IMG/VR virus record: IMGVR_UViG_3300042273_000055
Strand: one strand, 5' to 3'
From: a virus
DNA length: 49,502 nt
The first letter of the stretch is position 1; each line of letters starts with the position of its first letter. Below the pieces are notes generated by a model. It was not told the DNA's origin. It did no database searches and saw nothing but the letters and a program-made list of their open reading frames with translations. Made by a program: the position numbers and the translations under genes. Below, one piece after another: positions 26,801 through 34,196 of this stretch.

Positions 26801-27379
26801 AACGCGGCCCGGCTGTTAATCGAGGAGCAGACCCGCGCCTCTGCTGACTCGGCTCTGTCACAGCAGATCACAACGCTTACCGCAACGGTTGGGGATAACT
26901 CGGCAGCAATTCAGACGACGCAGCAGACGGTTGCCAGCCTGAATGGCGATCTGTCCGCGATGTACTCGGTGAAGCTGCAGCTGACCCAGGATGGCAAGTA
27001 CTACGCCGCCGGCATGGGCATCGGCATCGAGAACACGCCGCAAGGCATGCAATCGCAGGTCCTGTTCCAGGCTGACCGGTTCGCAGTGATCAACACCGCC
27101 AATGGCGTAATCACCTCTCCGTTCGTTATTCAGGGAGGCCAGGTGTTCATCAACTCGGCGGTGATCGGAGACGGCACCATCACCATGGCGAAGATCAGCG
27201 GCGCCATCCAGTCAGACAACTACGTGGAGGGCATGAGCGGGTGGAGGCTTACTAGGGCAGGGGATTTCGAGATCAACGGAAGTGTGGCCGGGCAAGGAAG
27301 AGTGAAGATTACCAACCAGTTGGTTGAGGTCTTCGACTCGAACGGCGTGAGACGTGTTCGATTGGGGATATGGGCATGA
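23810..27379 (+). CDS. Host-specificity / central tail fibre protein (lambda gpJ-like)
   Basis: 1189 aa. The N-terminus KGGSSKPRTPKESPDSL..SIAYARLIDLISEGEI is gpJ-like. Confidence 0.93.
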   Translation: MTAMIKGAKGGSSKPRTPKESPDSLVSIAYARLIDLISEGEIYGLVNGAASIYLDETPASTSGGSSFSGFSWEQRTGSQDQPYLAGFPQVENEISIGVELQASTPWVRSVTNSDLSAVRINFSVPRLAKQNASNGDTTGYRVDYAIDVAIGLGAYQEVLTGAFNGKTTGGYERSVRIDLPEGSGGWRVRVRRLTPNSTSSAIADTVNIKSFTEIIDAKFRYPNSAIVGVSFDAETFGGSVPRRGYHARGRIIRVPSNYSPETRTYTGIWDGTFQLAYSNNPAWIYYDLLLHPRYGLGDRIDASQVDKWGLYQIGQYCDQLVSDGKGGQEPRFVCNLYLQKRADAYKALQDIAAVFRGITYWGAGQAIVSSDMPADPVYTYTNANVKNGKFSYKGSKRSTRYSAVLVGWNDPSDMYRRKVEYVQDDDAIARFGVQTTEITALGCTSQGQAQRAGRWALLTNLLETETVTFSVGLDGIRARPGQIIRVADNARAGRRIGGRLSAATTTVVTVDKVEGVQSGDELTCILPSGVAQTRSIVAVDGHQLTVAPAFDAAPVAQSVWAWESTSLAAQRYRIVSIAESGPLEYAITASKYVEGKHAAVDSGAIISQRPITAIPSSVQAAPQNIRAISDWMIEQTLAVTTMTILWDAAPGATRYDVEWKRGDGAWVYAGRVGGTEIDVVGIYAGTYQIRVRALNSLDVVSPWGYSEAIDLAGKAGTPPAVAFLNAVPEVFGIRLEWGFPAGAEDTLRTEIQYGSAQSEQDALHLGDYAYPANTHTMTGLAAGVTFWFRARLIDRTGNIGPWSDWVMGQSSADATAILEYITGQISETELGQNLLARINLIDGDGPGSVNDRIRELADAIEYSPNNAYLAGDSVRDGQRLYQAKIDVPADPDGANAPPNATYWLDIGQVVQSANGLALQVEQNTASLELLDGKVTAAASSLEVLQATWRDDDGEGELADALRGWQTQAQYAQEVKTRASQSEASVERDTLLGADLASNAARLLIEEQTRASADSALSQQITTLTATVGDNSAAIQTTQQTVASLNGDLSAMYSVKLQLTQDGKYYAAGMGIGIENTPQGMQSQVLFQADRFAVINTANGVITSPFVIQGGQVFINSAVIGDGTITMAKISGAIQSDNYVEGMSGWRLTRAGDFEINGSVAGQGRVKITNQLVEVFDSNGVRRVRLGIWA

Positions 27380-27684
27380 GTCAGGGACTGCAGGTTTGGG
27401 ACGACAGTGGAAACCTTGTATTTTCCGATGAGTTCTTTGCAATTAGGATACTAGGCAGTATTACAACCGGCGTGTCAAATGGGTCAATTTACATACCGGA
27501 ACTAGCAGAGGATCCGTCACCTGCGTTCGTATTTTCAACAGAAGCTCCAGCCAATCTATCAGTTTTTACTATAACCCCTGATGTTTCCGTGTCGGGGGCA
27601 ACAATTTCCTGGGTCTTCAACGCTTCGTCTACTGGGATATTTAAAAGAGTCTCTATGAAGGTTTATTACGGGGTGTCTGCGTGA
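27376..27684 (+). CDS. Post-J hypothetical protein 1 (low GC)
   Basis: ATGA overlap with the J-like gene. The N-terminal motif GLQVWDDSGNLVFSDEF is shared with the next ORF. Confidence 0.55.
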   Translation: MSQGLQVWDDSGNLVFSDEFFAIRILGSITTGVSNGSIYIPELAEDPSPAFVFSTEAPANLSVFTITPDVSVSGATISWVFNASSTGIFKRVSMKVYYGVSA

Positions 27685-28358
27685 TGGCTGGCCTTGAAGT
27701 CACTAGGGACAACGGCTCAATCTTACTGTCAGATGAGTACGTGTCTACGGTTCTTATGACTACCCTTATTGCCAGCCAGTGGTCAAACGGCGAGGCCATA
27801 ACCTCTCAGGTTAAAACGGCTAACTACTGCGACATATATATCCCATTAGAAGCTGGTATTTTGGCCTTTGAGGATACAGCTGGATTTTATGTTTGTGCTA
27901 TATATGGTGAGCAAGTAGGGGAAAGTAGAAGGGTCAGGCTCTATTGTTCAGGTAAGCCATCAATTAAGCTCCATTGTTTTGGCACCGTGCTACCTTCAGC
28001 TCGTGGTGATTATGGTCTCCAGTTGTTCAAGCAGGATGGCAGCCTGGCCTTCGACTCCTCTCATAAACATATTAGGGTCAAAACAAACGTACTGTCGTCC
28101 GGCGGGTCGGTATCACTACCAAACGACGGAGTATACGGGGTGGCCGTCGGAAGTTTTCCGTACTCTTATGGGGTATATGTTGGGTCGGTAGGGTATGGGT
28201 ACACTTTCTTCAGAGTTGGGGTGAGGGTTAGAGGTGGGATAGACGCCTCTTTTTCTAATGTACTGGTGGCCGCCAGCGGACAGCAGCCTAACATCGGACC
28301 TACGCCGGCCGGCGGTGGGGGGGCATCGTTTTCAGTGATGGCGATGAAAATCGCATGA
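27681..28358 (+). CDS. Post-J hypothetical protein 2 (low GC)
   Basis: Contains GLEVTRDNGSILLSDEY and GLQLFKQDGSLAFDSS repeats of the same motif. There is a G7 tract at 28317-28323. Confidence 0.6.
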   Translation: MMAGLEVTRDNGSILLSDEYVSTVLMTTLIASQWSNGEAITSQVKTANYCDIYIPLEAGILAFEDTAGFYVCAIYGEQVGESRRVRLYCSGKPSIKLHCFGTVLPSARGDYGLQLFKQDGSLAFDSSHKHIRVKTNVLSSGGSVSLPNDGVYGVAVGSFPYSYGVYVGSVGYGYTFFRVGVRVRGGIDASFSNVLVAASGQQPNIGPTPAGGGGASFSVMAMKIA

Positions 28359-28403
28359 ACTTTGTTATCATTAACCCATATTTGCAGGAATGCTTATACC
28401 ATT

Positions 28404-28574
28404 ATGGCAGCCGCAACCAACTTCCCCGAATTCAACGCCGCCGTCATCAACCAGGCCGACATCGTGAACCTGATCGTGACTGGGGAGTTGCGGTCGGGGA
28501 ACTTGGGTGGACTGGGTGGGATAATTGGGGGCCTGGCTATTACCGTAGATTCGGTGGACCGCCTCCGACAATAA
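28404..28574 (+). CDS. Short ORF (56 aa), possibly a remnant of another fibre gene
   Basis: Third-position GC is high only in its first half (GCC GCC GTC ATC AAC CAG GCC GAC ATC GTG AAC CTG). The RBS is weak. Confidence 0.3.
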   Translation: MAAATNFPEFNAAVINQADIVNLIVTGELRSGNLGGLGGIIGGLAITVDSVDRLRQ

Positions 28575-28632
28575 TTTTCATTGACACGTCAAGCATTTGA
28601 AACCTGATAGTTAAAGTCTAATGGAGAACCTC

Positions 28633-29457
28633 ATGCCCTGGTACAGCACCGGCACCGTATCCGTAACAAACAACAGCGCCACGGTCACCGGAACTGGCAC
28701 GGCGTTCTCAGCCAACGCCCGCACCGGCGATGCGATACGCCTCGTCGATGGGCGCTGGTACGAAATCACCAATATCGCCAGCGCGACCGTGCTGTCGATT
28801 AAGCCCAACTATCAGGGCGCAACCGCTAGCGGGCAGACGTACGCCATCGCGCCGATGCAGGGCTATGTCAAGGAGTCGGCTGACCGGCTGCGGCAGCTTG
28901 TAGATCAGTTCGGGTCGCAGCTCGCGGCACTTCAGCCTTGGGCGACATCAGCGACACCGGCAGCTGCGCGTGAGGCGCTTGGCACCAACGACGCAGCGAA
29001 CCTGACGGCTGGCCTGCTCAATGTTGAGCGTATTCCTGCGACGCTCACGCCTGATAAAGCGTTCAGGCGCGGCAACATCCTCGGCACCGTCTCCCAATCC
29101 GGCGGCGTGCCCACGGGCGCGATCATCGAGCGCGGCAGTAATGCCAATGGGGAGTACATCAGATGGGCGGACGGGACGCAGATTTGCAGCCGCTTTGTGA
29201 CGTATGCGGCTTGGCCATTCTCCGGTACAGAAGGGGCTGTGTACTCGCGATCTCCCGAGGGGGCTATTCCGTATCCTGCCCCATTCATAGCCCCGCCTTT
29301 TGTCGCTTCCAGTTGTGTCGGCTCTGGCTCTGGCGTGTGGTCTCCGTTGTCCGGCGCCACGACTACGACCGAGTGGCCAGTCCAGCGGCTTTATGCAGCC
29401 TCCCCGGCCGAGCAAGCCCTGATGATATCAACCATCGCGGTCGGCCGCTGGTTCTAA
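28633..29457 (+). CDS. Tail fibre protein
   Basis: The N-terminus MPWYSTGTVSVTNNSATVTGTGTAF and C-terminus NGEYIRWADGTQICS...AVGRWF are typical of fibre tip domains. A GGAG RBS lies 6 nt upstream. Confidence 0.8.
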   Translation: MPWYSTGTVSVTNNSATVTGTGTAFSANARTGDAIRLVDGRWYEITNIASATVLSIKPNYQGATASGQTYAIAPMQGYVKESADRLRQLVDQFGSQLAALQPWATSATPAAAREALGTNDAANLTAGLLNVERIPATLTPDKAFRRGNILGTVSQSGGVPTGAIIERGSNANGEYIRWADGTQICSRFVTYAAWPFSGTEGAVYSRSPEGAIPYPAPFIAPPFVASSCVGSGSGVWSPLSGATTTTEWPVQRLYAASPAEQALMISTIAVGRWF

Positions 29458-29466
29458 GGAGTACCC

Positions 29467-29811
29467 ATGCACATAACCATTTCCCCCGTCCGCATGGACG
29501 AAACCCTAGCCGCTTCCCTGTCGGGAGACGTGCTGACCCTCAACGGCGAGGCCTTCGATTTCTCCGCGCTACCGGAAGGCGCCACGCTGCCGGCCGAGGC
29601 GATTGATTCGGACTGGATCGTCGGCCCCGTGTCGCGCATTGACGGCGATCTGCACCTGACCCTGCGCCTGCCGCACGGGCCGAACCCAAGCCAGGCCGTG
29701 GCCTTCCCCAAGCCCCTGGTGGTGATGGTGGACGGTGAGATTGACTTGCCGTTCGACCCGCCTGCCGAGCCGGAACCGGTGCCCGACATGTCCGAGGAAC
29801 TGCCCGCATGA
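29467..29811 (+). CDS. Hypothetical protein (fibre-associated by position)
   Basis: 114 aa, GC3-rich, with an acidic, Pro-rich C-terminus. Confidence 0.55.
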   Translation: MHITISPVRMDETLAASLSGDVLTLNGEAFDFSALPEGATLPAEAIDSDWIVGPVSRIDGDLHLTLRLPHGPNPSQAVAFPKPLVVMVDGEIDLPFDPPAEPEPVPDMSEELPA

Positions 29812-30140
29812 ACATCGACTATTCCCAGCTGATCACCGCTGACGACAAGGCCCAGCAGGCCGCGGCAGCCAAGCGCGAGGCGTGGAAGGCGCGCCGCGCC
29901 GAGGCGGTGCGCGCTATCAAGGTGACCACCGCCAGCGGCCGGGTATTCGACGGCGACGAGATCAGCCAGGCGCGCATGGCTCGCGCCATCCTCGGGCTGC
30001 AGCAGGCCGGCGAGGGGGCGACCGTGACCTGGGTGCTGGCAGACAACACTCAGGTGTCTGTGACCGCCGCCGAACTGTCCGAGGCACTGAAGCTGGCCGG
30101 CGCCGAGCAGGCGCGGCTATGGGTGGCCAGCCATGAATAA
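29808..30140 (+). CDS. DUF4376-like protein (fibre-assembly-associated)
   Basis: The pattern VFDGDEISQARMARAIL and its position after the fibre gene. Confidence 0.55.
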   Translation: MNIDYSQLITADDKAQQAAAAKREAWKARRAEAVRAIKVTTASGRVFDGDEISQARMARAILGLQQAGEGATVTWVLADNTQVSVTAAELSEALKLAGAEQARLWVASHE

Positions 30141-30450
30141 GCTGGACCTGACCACCTACGTGGCCCGCTACGGCCGACGGCCTTACTGGCTGGCCCTGCT
30201 GATCGCCATGGATCAGCTCGCCAACGCGCTGCTGTGGGGCTACGTCGATGAAACGCTGTCGAGCCGGGCCTACCGTAGCGCCCAGCTGCGCACGCCGGCG
30301 AAACGCCGCTGGCGGCTGGCTGAACGGCTGATCAATGCGCTGTTCTGGCGCGACCGTGTGGGCGAGCTGCGGCATTGCCAGCTGGCGTACCTGGGCGAAC
30401 TGGCGCGCGAGCATTCGCCGCCGATTGAATTTGGCGCGATCTCTACCTAA
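30133..30450 (+). CDS. Hypothetical protein with one hydrophobic helix
   Basis: RRPYWLALLIAMDQLANALLWGY. Function unknown. The idea that it is a holin is not supported beyond its position. Confidence 0.5.
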   Translation: MNKLDLTTYVARYGRRPYWLALLIAMDQLANALLWGYVDETLSSRAYRSAQLRTPAKRRWRLAERLINALFWRDRVGELRHCQLAYLGELAREHSPPIEFGAIST

Positions 30451-30451
30451 C

Positions 30452-30477
30452 AGCCCCGCCAGTCGGGGCTTTTTTTC
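30452..30477 (+). terminator. Rho-independent terminator
   Basis: AGCCCCG-CCAGT-CGGGGCT followed by T7. Confidence 0.8.
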
Positions 30478-30491
30478 GCCTGGAGTTTCTC

Positions 30492-30566
30492 ATGACCCTC
30501 TCTGAACTACGGGAGCGAGCCATAGCGCCCGCTCTCGCGCCTCTTCCTGCCTGGAGAAAAACATGA
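30492..30566 (+). pseudogene. 24-codon upstream ORF (MTLSELRERAIAPALAPLPAWRKT), possibly a remnant of a displaced lysin gene
   Basis: My own translation. It has its own GGAG RBS, and its stop overlaps the endolysin ATG (ATGA). Confidence 0.3.
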
Positions 30567-30898
30567 CTCTCGGACAAAAGCAGCGTGCGTTCACTCAGAT
30601 GATCGCGCGGTTGATCGACTTCGCCTACGCGAACGGCTACGAACTGACCTTTGGCGATGCCTACCGTGACCCGCGCGTGCATGGTGCCGTGGGCGAAAAG
30701 AAGTCCTATAGCTCGGCCGTCTCCCTACATAAAGAGCGACTAGCGGTTGATTTCAACCTCTTTAAGGGCGGCCAGTACATGACCGCCAGTGAGGATTACC
30801 GGGAGCTAGGCGAGTTCTGGGAGTCGATCGGCGGCGCATGGGGTGGGAGATTCAACGACGGGAATCACTTCTCGCTTGAGCATGGCGGCCGGAGATGA
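30563..30898 (+). CDS. Endolysin, peptidase M15 (VanY / L-Ala-D-Glu peptidase type)
   Basis: Zn ligand pattern: DAYRD, SLHKERLAVDFNL (SxHxxxxAxD), NDGNHFSLEH. Confidence 0.85.
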   Translation: MTLGQKQRAFTQMIARLIDFAYANGYELTFGDAYRDPRVHGAVGEKKSYSSAVSLHKERLAVDFNLFKGGQYMTASEDYRELGEFWESIGGAWGGRFNDGNHFSLEHGGRR

Positions 30899-31410
30899 CC
30901 GCCTGGCTGAAGTTGGTCCCTACCTGGTCCTACTGGGTCCTTGCCTTGGTCCTTGTAGCCGGTGGGCAACAGATCAGGGTGCTATCGGCTCAGTCTGACG
31001 CCGCTCAGGCTAGAACCGATCTTGCCTCCTACCGCACCGAAGTCAGCGAGCGCGATCGCCGCGCTGCGCTGTTCGTGATTCAGGAAAACCAGCGGCGCCA
31101 GGCCGCGACGGAGAAAGCAGATGCAGAGGCACAGGAACAACTGGCTGCAGCGCGTACTGACGCTGAGCGCGCTGGCAGTGCTCTTGAGCGGCTGCAGCAG
31201 CGCCTCGCCGCAGCTGAGCAGCGCAGTCGTGACGCCGGCAATGCCATCACTGCCCAGCTCAGCCAGGCAGCCGAAAGCGCCGCCCGAGTGCGAGCCGACG
31301 TGCTCGGCAGGGTTGGAGAGGCTGCTCAACTCTATGCTGGAGTCGCCGACGAGCGAGGAATAGCTGGGTTGGCGTGTGAGAAAGCTTATGACGCGGTGAA
31401 GGGGGATTGA
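30895..31410 (+). CDS. i-spanin (Rz-like)
   Basis: N-terminal TM (WSYWVLALVLVAGG), then a coiled coil rich in A/E/R/Q. ATGA-coupled to the endolysin gene. Confidence 0.8.
   Translation: MTAWLKLVPTWSYWVLALVLVAGGQQIRVLSAQSDAAQARTDLASYRTEVSERDRRAALFVIQENQRRQAATEKADAEAQEQLAAARTDAERAGSALERLQQRLAAAEQRSRDAGNAITAQLSQAAESAARVRADVLGRVGEAAQLYAGVADERGIAGLACEKAYDAVKGD
31121..31363 (+). CDS. o-spanin (Rz1-like), embedded in the +1 frame of the Rz-like gene
   Basis: Lipobox LLSGC after a signal sequence, with a Pro-rich mature part. The ORF is entirely inside 30895-31410. Confidence 0.8.
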   Translation: MQRHRNNWLQRVLTLSALAVLLSGCSSASPQLSSAVVTPAMPSLPSSARQPKAPPECEPTCSAGLERLLNSMLESPTSEE

Positions 31411-31445
31411 GATTGCCCGGACGGGCGAGGAGGGGAAACAAAAAA

Positions 31446-31468
31446 GGTTGCTGAAATGTTGCTGAAAC
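31446..31468 (+). repeat. 23-bp direct repeat copy 1 (GGTTGCTGAAATGTTGCTGAAAC). Candidate integrase arm-type sites.
   Basis: Identical to 31608-31630. Internally it is a tandem GTTGCTGAAA x2. Confidence 0.9.
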
Positions 31469-31489
31469 CGGGACTAACCGGGACATATT

Positions 31490-31509
31490 TTCAGCAACTT
31501 TCAACAACC
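31490..31509 (+). repeat. Imperfect inverted copy of the TTGCTGAA motif pair
   Basis: TTCAGCAACTTTCAACAACC, against the reverse complement TTCAGCAACATTTCAGCAACC. Confidence 0.6.
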
Positions 31510-31544
31510 TTTTCCGCTAGAGGCCCCGTATTTAGGGGCTTGTT

Positions 31545-31573
31545 TGGTGGAGCCGGGGGGATTTGAACCCCCG
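31545..31573 (-). other. attP core: 29-nt 3' end of a tmRNA (ssrA)-type gene (T-arm + acceptor + CCA)
   Basis: The reverse complement reads CGGGGGTTCAAATCCCCCCGGCTCCACCA. The acceptor CGGCTCC pairs with GGGGCCG to give a G3:U70 pair (alanine identity). A hairpin, GCCCC-N7-GGGGC at 31523-31539, follows downstream on that strand. Confidence 0.75.
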
Positions 31574-31607
31574 GTCATGCTGCGGAATCATTGGGCTGTA
31601 GCGTGGT

Positions 31608-31630
31608 GGTTGCTGAAATGTTGCTGAAAC
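31608..31630 (+). repeat. 23-bp direct repeat copy 2
   Basis: Identical to 31446-31468. The two copies flank the core. Confidence 0.9.
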
Positions 31631-31646
31631 GGCTGTCTCTTCCGCC

Positions 31647-31856
31647 TTATTGAGCGTCCAGAGCGGGGCTAACAAGGTCCGCCTCGGAATCTATCCAGCC
31701 GGATGGGCTGCCGGTCTTGCCGCTGCGCAGATACGGCCTGAACCCGTCGCTGGGAATCCAAAAGTCCCATACCGTATCGCAGATCTTTATCACTGGCCCG
31801 ACAATACGGCCATCCCGTCGAGCGTAGTAGCGGCCATGCTCAAGTTGAATGCTCAT
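31647..31856 (-). CDS. Hypothetical protein between int and attP
   Basis: 69 aa. ATGA-coupled to the integrase stop. Confidence 0.5.
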   Translation of the reverse strand: MSIQLEHGRYYARRDGRIVGPVIKICDTVWDFWIPSDGFRPYLRSGKTGSPSGWIDSEADLVSPALDAQ

Positions 31857-33025
31857 GCTGACTCCTCATTAGGGATTTGAACCGGCGTCCCGAACAGCTC
31901 CGCCGCCTTGCTGCCCGACGTGTCGCCATCGTTCGGAATGTATCGGCCATAGACGCGGGCGATCATCACCCAACTACTGTGCCCCATTTGTTTTGCTACC
32001 CACATTGGATGCTCGCCCGCTGACAGCATCATCGATGCGTAAGTGTGTCGGGTCTGGTACGGGTTACGGTACCGCACCTTTGCCTTACGGATGGTCGGAA
32101 TCCAGAATGACTTCCGGATAGCTTGGTCGCCGTCAAAGGGTTTGCCGTATCGCGGATCATGGAAGACCGGCCCGCCGACTATATAGGTGTGTGCCTTCTG
32201 CTCTTCGAGCGCGGCCAGCGCCATCGGCAGCAGCTTCACATCCCGCAAACCTGCCGCCGTCTTCGGCAGTTCCGCCTCCTTGGCCGCCTTGGTCAGCCCC
32301 CGGCTAATCCTTGCCTCCCCCCGAAGCCAGTCAATATCCCCCCATTCCAACGCGACCAATTCCGACGTGCGAAGCCCGGTCCAGAACGCGAACTGCAACA
32401 GGTTCCGGTATTGCCCTGACGCTGCCGCCAGGATTGCCGCCTGTTCCTCCTTCGTGAACGGGTCGATCTCGTCTTCCGCCTTGGGCTTGCCCTTTACTGA
32501 GTAGGTCCAGCCAGCCAGCGGGTTCGATTCGATCAACTCATCATCTACAGCATCATTGAGCGCCGACCGCAGGCAGCTTTGCACGTTGGCGAGCCGCTTG
32601 TTCGAGGCGTCCATATTGGCCAGCTCATCTCGCACCATCTTGCGCGTAAGCGTCACCAGTGGCGCATGGCCCAGCCTCGGCACCAGTACGCCGCTGATGA
32701 TCTTGCGGTAGCCGTCCAGGGTCGACGCCTTCAGATGCGCCTCCTTTCGGGCCAGCCACTTGTCGAGATAGTCGGAGAGGGGAATCAGCCCGGTCTGATG
32801 CCCGAGCTTTACAGCGCGCTTTGACTTGGGGAAAGTCGCCGCGTAGTCGAAGGTTCCGTTGTAGATGGCAAGCTCTACCGCTGCCTTGTGCTTCTCGGCG
32901 CGCTTTAGATTAGCGGGGGTGGGCTCAAGTGGGAGACGTTCGCGGCACTGCGCCCCCTCATACATGAAACTGATTTCAATGCTGGACGTCGACGCGCGCC
33001 GGACTCCATTCCGCTTTCCACCCAT
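31853..33025 (-). CDS. int: Tyrosine integrase
   Basis: N-terminal arm-binding motif (GVRRASTSSIEISFMYEGAQCRE). Catalytic region: GLRTSELVAL, HTYASMM, GHSSWVMIARVYGRYI. Confidence 0.93.
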   Translation of the reverse strand: MGGKRNGVRRASTSSIEISFMYEGAQCRERLPLEPTPANLKRAEKHKAAVELAIYNGTFDYAATFPKSKRAVKLGHQTGLIPLSDYLDKWLARKEAHLKASTLDGYRKIISGVLVPRLGHAPLVTLTRKMVRDELANMDASNKRLANVQSCLRSALNDAVDDELIESNPLAGWTYSVKGKPKAEDEIDPFTKEEQAAILAAASGQYRNLLQFAFWTGLRTSELVALEWGDIDWLRGEARISRGLTKAAKEAELPKTAAGLRDVKLLPMALAALEEQKAHTYIVGGPVFHDPRYGKPFDGDQAIRKSFWIPTIRKAKVRYRNPYQTRHTYASMMLSAGEHPMWVAKQMGHSSWVMIARVYGRYIPNDGDTSGSKAAELFGTPVQIPNEESA

Positions 33026-33183
33026 GCTTCGTACCCTTCCACGCTGATCAGCACATGCCCGTCTGGCGCCTTGATCCAGACTTCGCCCAGGGGCCAGACT
33101 CCTTTCGAGAGCTTGGACCGGATTGCGTGCTCAGTGTAGCCGGTTGCTTCTGAAAACTTCTTGATGGTCTGATATCGTGCCAT
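32905..33183 (-). CDS. xis: Excisionase-like DNA-binding protein
   Basis: MARYQTIKKFSEATGYTEHAIRSKLSKGVWPLGEVWIKAPDG (winged-helix Xis pattern). The 3' end overlaps the int start. Confidence 0.7.
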   Translation of the reverse strand: MARYQTIKKFSEATGYTEHAIRSKLSKGVWPLGEVWIKAPDGHVLISVEGYEAWVESGMESGARRRPALKSVSCMRGRSAANVSHLSPPPLI

Positions 33184-33186
33184 CTC

Positions 33187-33432
33187 TCACCCCCTCACCG
33201 TTACGCCGGCTGCTTCGATGGCGTCGATCGCCTCGCCGCGCATGTCGTTCCAGCCGCCCTCATAGCTCGCGTATGGCTGCGCCTTCATCGGTTGCGGCAT
33301 CTGCACGACCAACTCCCGCCGCGACGCCAGCCAAACATTCCGCATCTGGTCCTTCAAATCCTCGAACTGCTCGCGGTGAGGCTGCCTGTCCCACCACGCC
33401 TCGAACTCTGCTATCGCCTTGTCTGTGTGCAT
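33187..33432 (-). CDS. Hypothetical protein
   Basis: 81 aa, GC3-rich. The RBS context GGAGATAGAC-ATG is identical to that of the next gene upstream. Confidence 0.6.
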   Translation of the reverse strand: MHTDKAIAEFEAWWDRQPHREQFEDLKDQMRNVWLASRRELVVQMPQPMKAQPYASYEGGWNDMRGEAIDAIEAAGVTVRG

Positions 33433-33441
33433 GTCTATCTC

Positions 33442-34137
33442 CTAGTGCCTGACTGGCTCGAGTGTGTGAAGGTCCAGCAGCGTGAAGCGCCCGGACGGAT
33501 GCCAGCCGGCCGTATCGATGTGCAGCACGTTGCCCAGCTTCACCGGGCCGCTCGGTAGTGGCGTGTGGCCTACGACTAGGGCCAGAATGTCAGGCACTCC
33601 CGACTCGTCGTCATCTTCCATGCGCTTGCGCGACCACATACAGCTGTTCTTGACCAGCTTCAGGCGCTTCGGTGATTCCGGCTCTGTCAGTTCCGCTACC
33701 ATTTGCGCCCAAGTCGCGGTCGGGCAGTCGGCGTGAACGATGCCAACCAGGCCGGCGTCCGTCTCCAGCTCAATGGCTATCGGCAGCTCGCGGAACTGCA
33801 CGGCGTGCTCGGCCTGCTCGTCGCTGTTGAGCGAGAGGAACCAGCCGCCACCATTGATGAGCCAGTTGCCCAGCTCGCAGCTGTCGTAGCGGCAAACGTA
33901 GTCGTCGTGATTGCCGCGCACCGGGTGGAACCAAGGCTTGGCCAGCCACTCCAGCGCCATCTCGCATTCCGGCCCTCGGTCTACCAAATCACCGACCGAG
34001 AACAGCCGATCGACTGCCGGGTCAAAGTAGATCCCTTCCAGCGCCTGCTGCAGCTTCGTGAAGCATCCGTGAATGTCGCCCACGGCAAAGTCCCGGCCCG
34101 CCGTGTTCTTGGCGAACCGTTTGATGAGTTCGGGCAT
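33442..34137 (-). CDS. Ser/Thr protein phosphatase, lambda PP (NinI)-like
   Basis: GDIHGC, GDLVDRGP and GNHDD motifs in the canonical order. Confidence 0.9.
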   Translation of the reverse strand: MPELIKRFAKNTAGRDFAVGDIHGCFTKLQQALEGIYFDPAVDRLFSVGDLVDRGPECEMALEWLAKPWFHPVRGNHDDYVCRYDSCELGNWLINGGGWFLSLNSDEQAEHAVQFRELPIAIELETDAGLVGIVHADCPTATWAQMVAELTEPESPKRLKLVKNSCMWSRKRMEDDDESGVPDILALVVGHTPLPSGPVKLGNVLHIDTAGWHPSGRFTLLDLHTLEPVRH

Positions 34138-34196
34138 GTCTATCTCCTGCTGCGTGTGGGGTTAGGCCGTGGCTACCTGGCGGGAGATGCAGGCGC

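Noticed and set aside
28355-28600. 81-aa ORF on the + strand after the second post-J gene
   Set aside because: Arg/Pro/Gly-rich sequence with poor codon bias. The alternative frame (28404-28574) has better third-position bias. It is relevant only as the frame reached by a +1 slip in the G7 tract.
31545-31573. A complete tRNA or tmRNA gene
   Set aside because: Only the T-arm and 3' acceptor (29 nt) are present. The upstream sequence does not continue into an anticodon arm or tmRNA body, so this is an attP core fragment, not an RNA gene.
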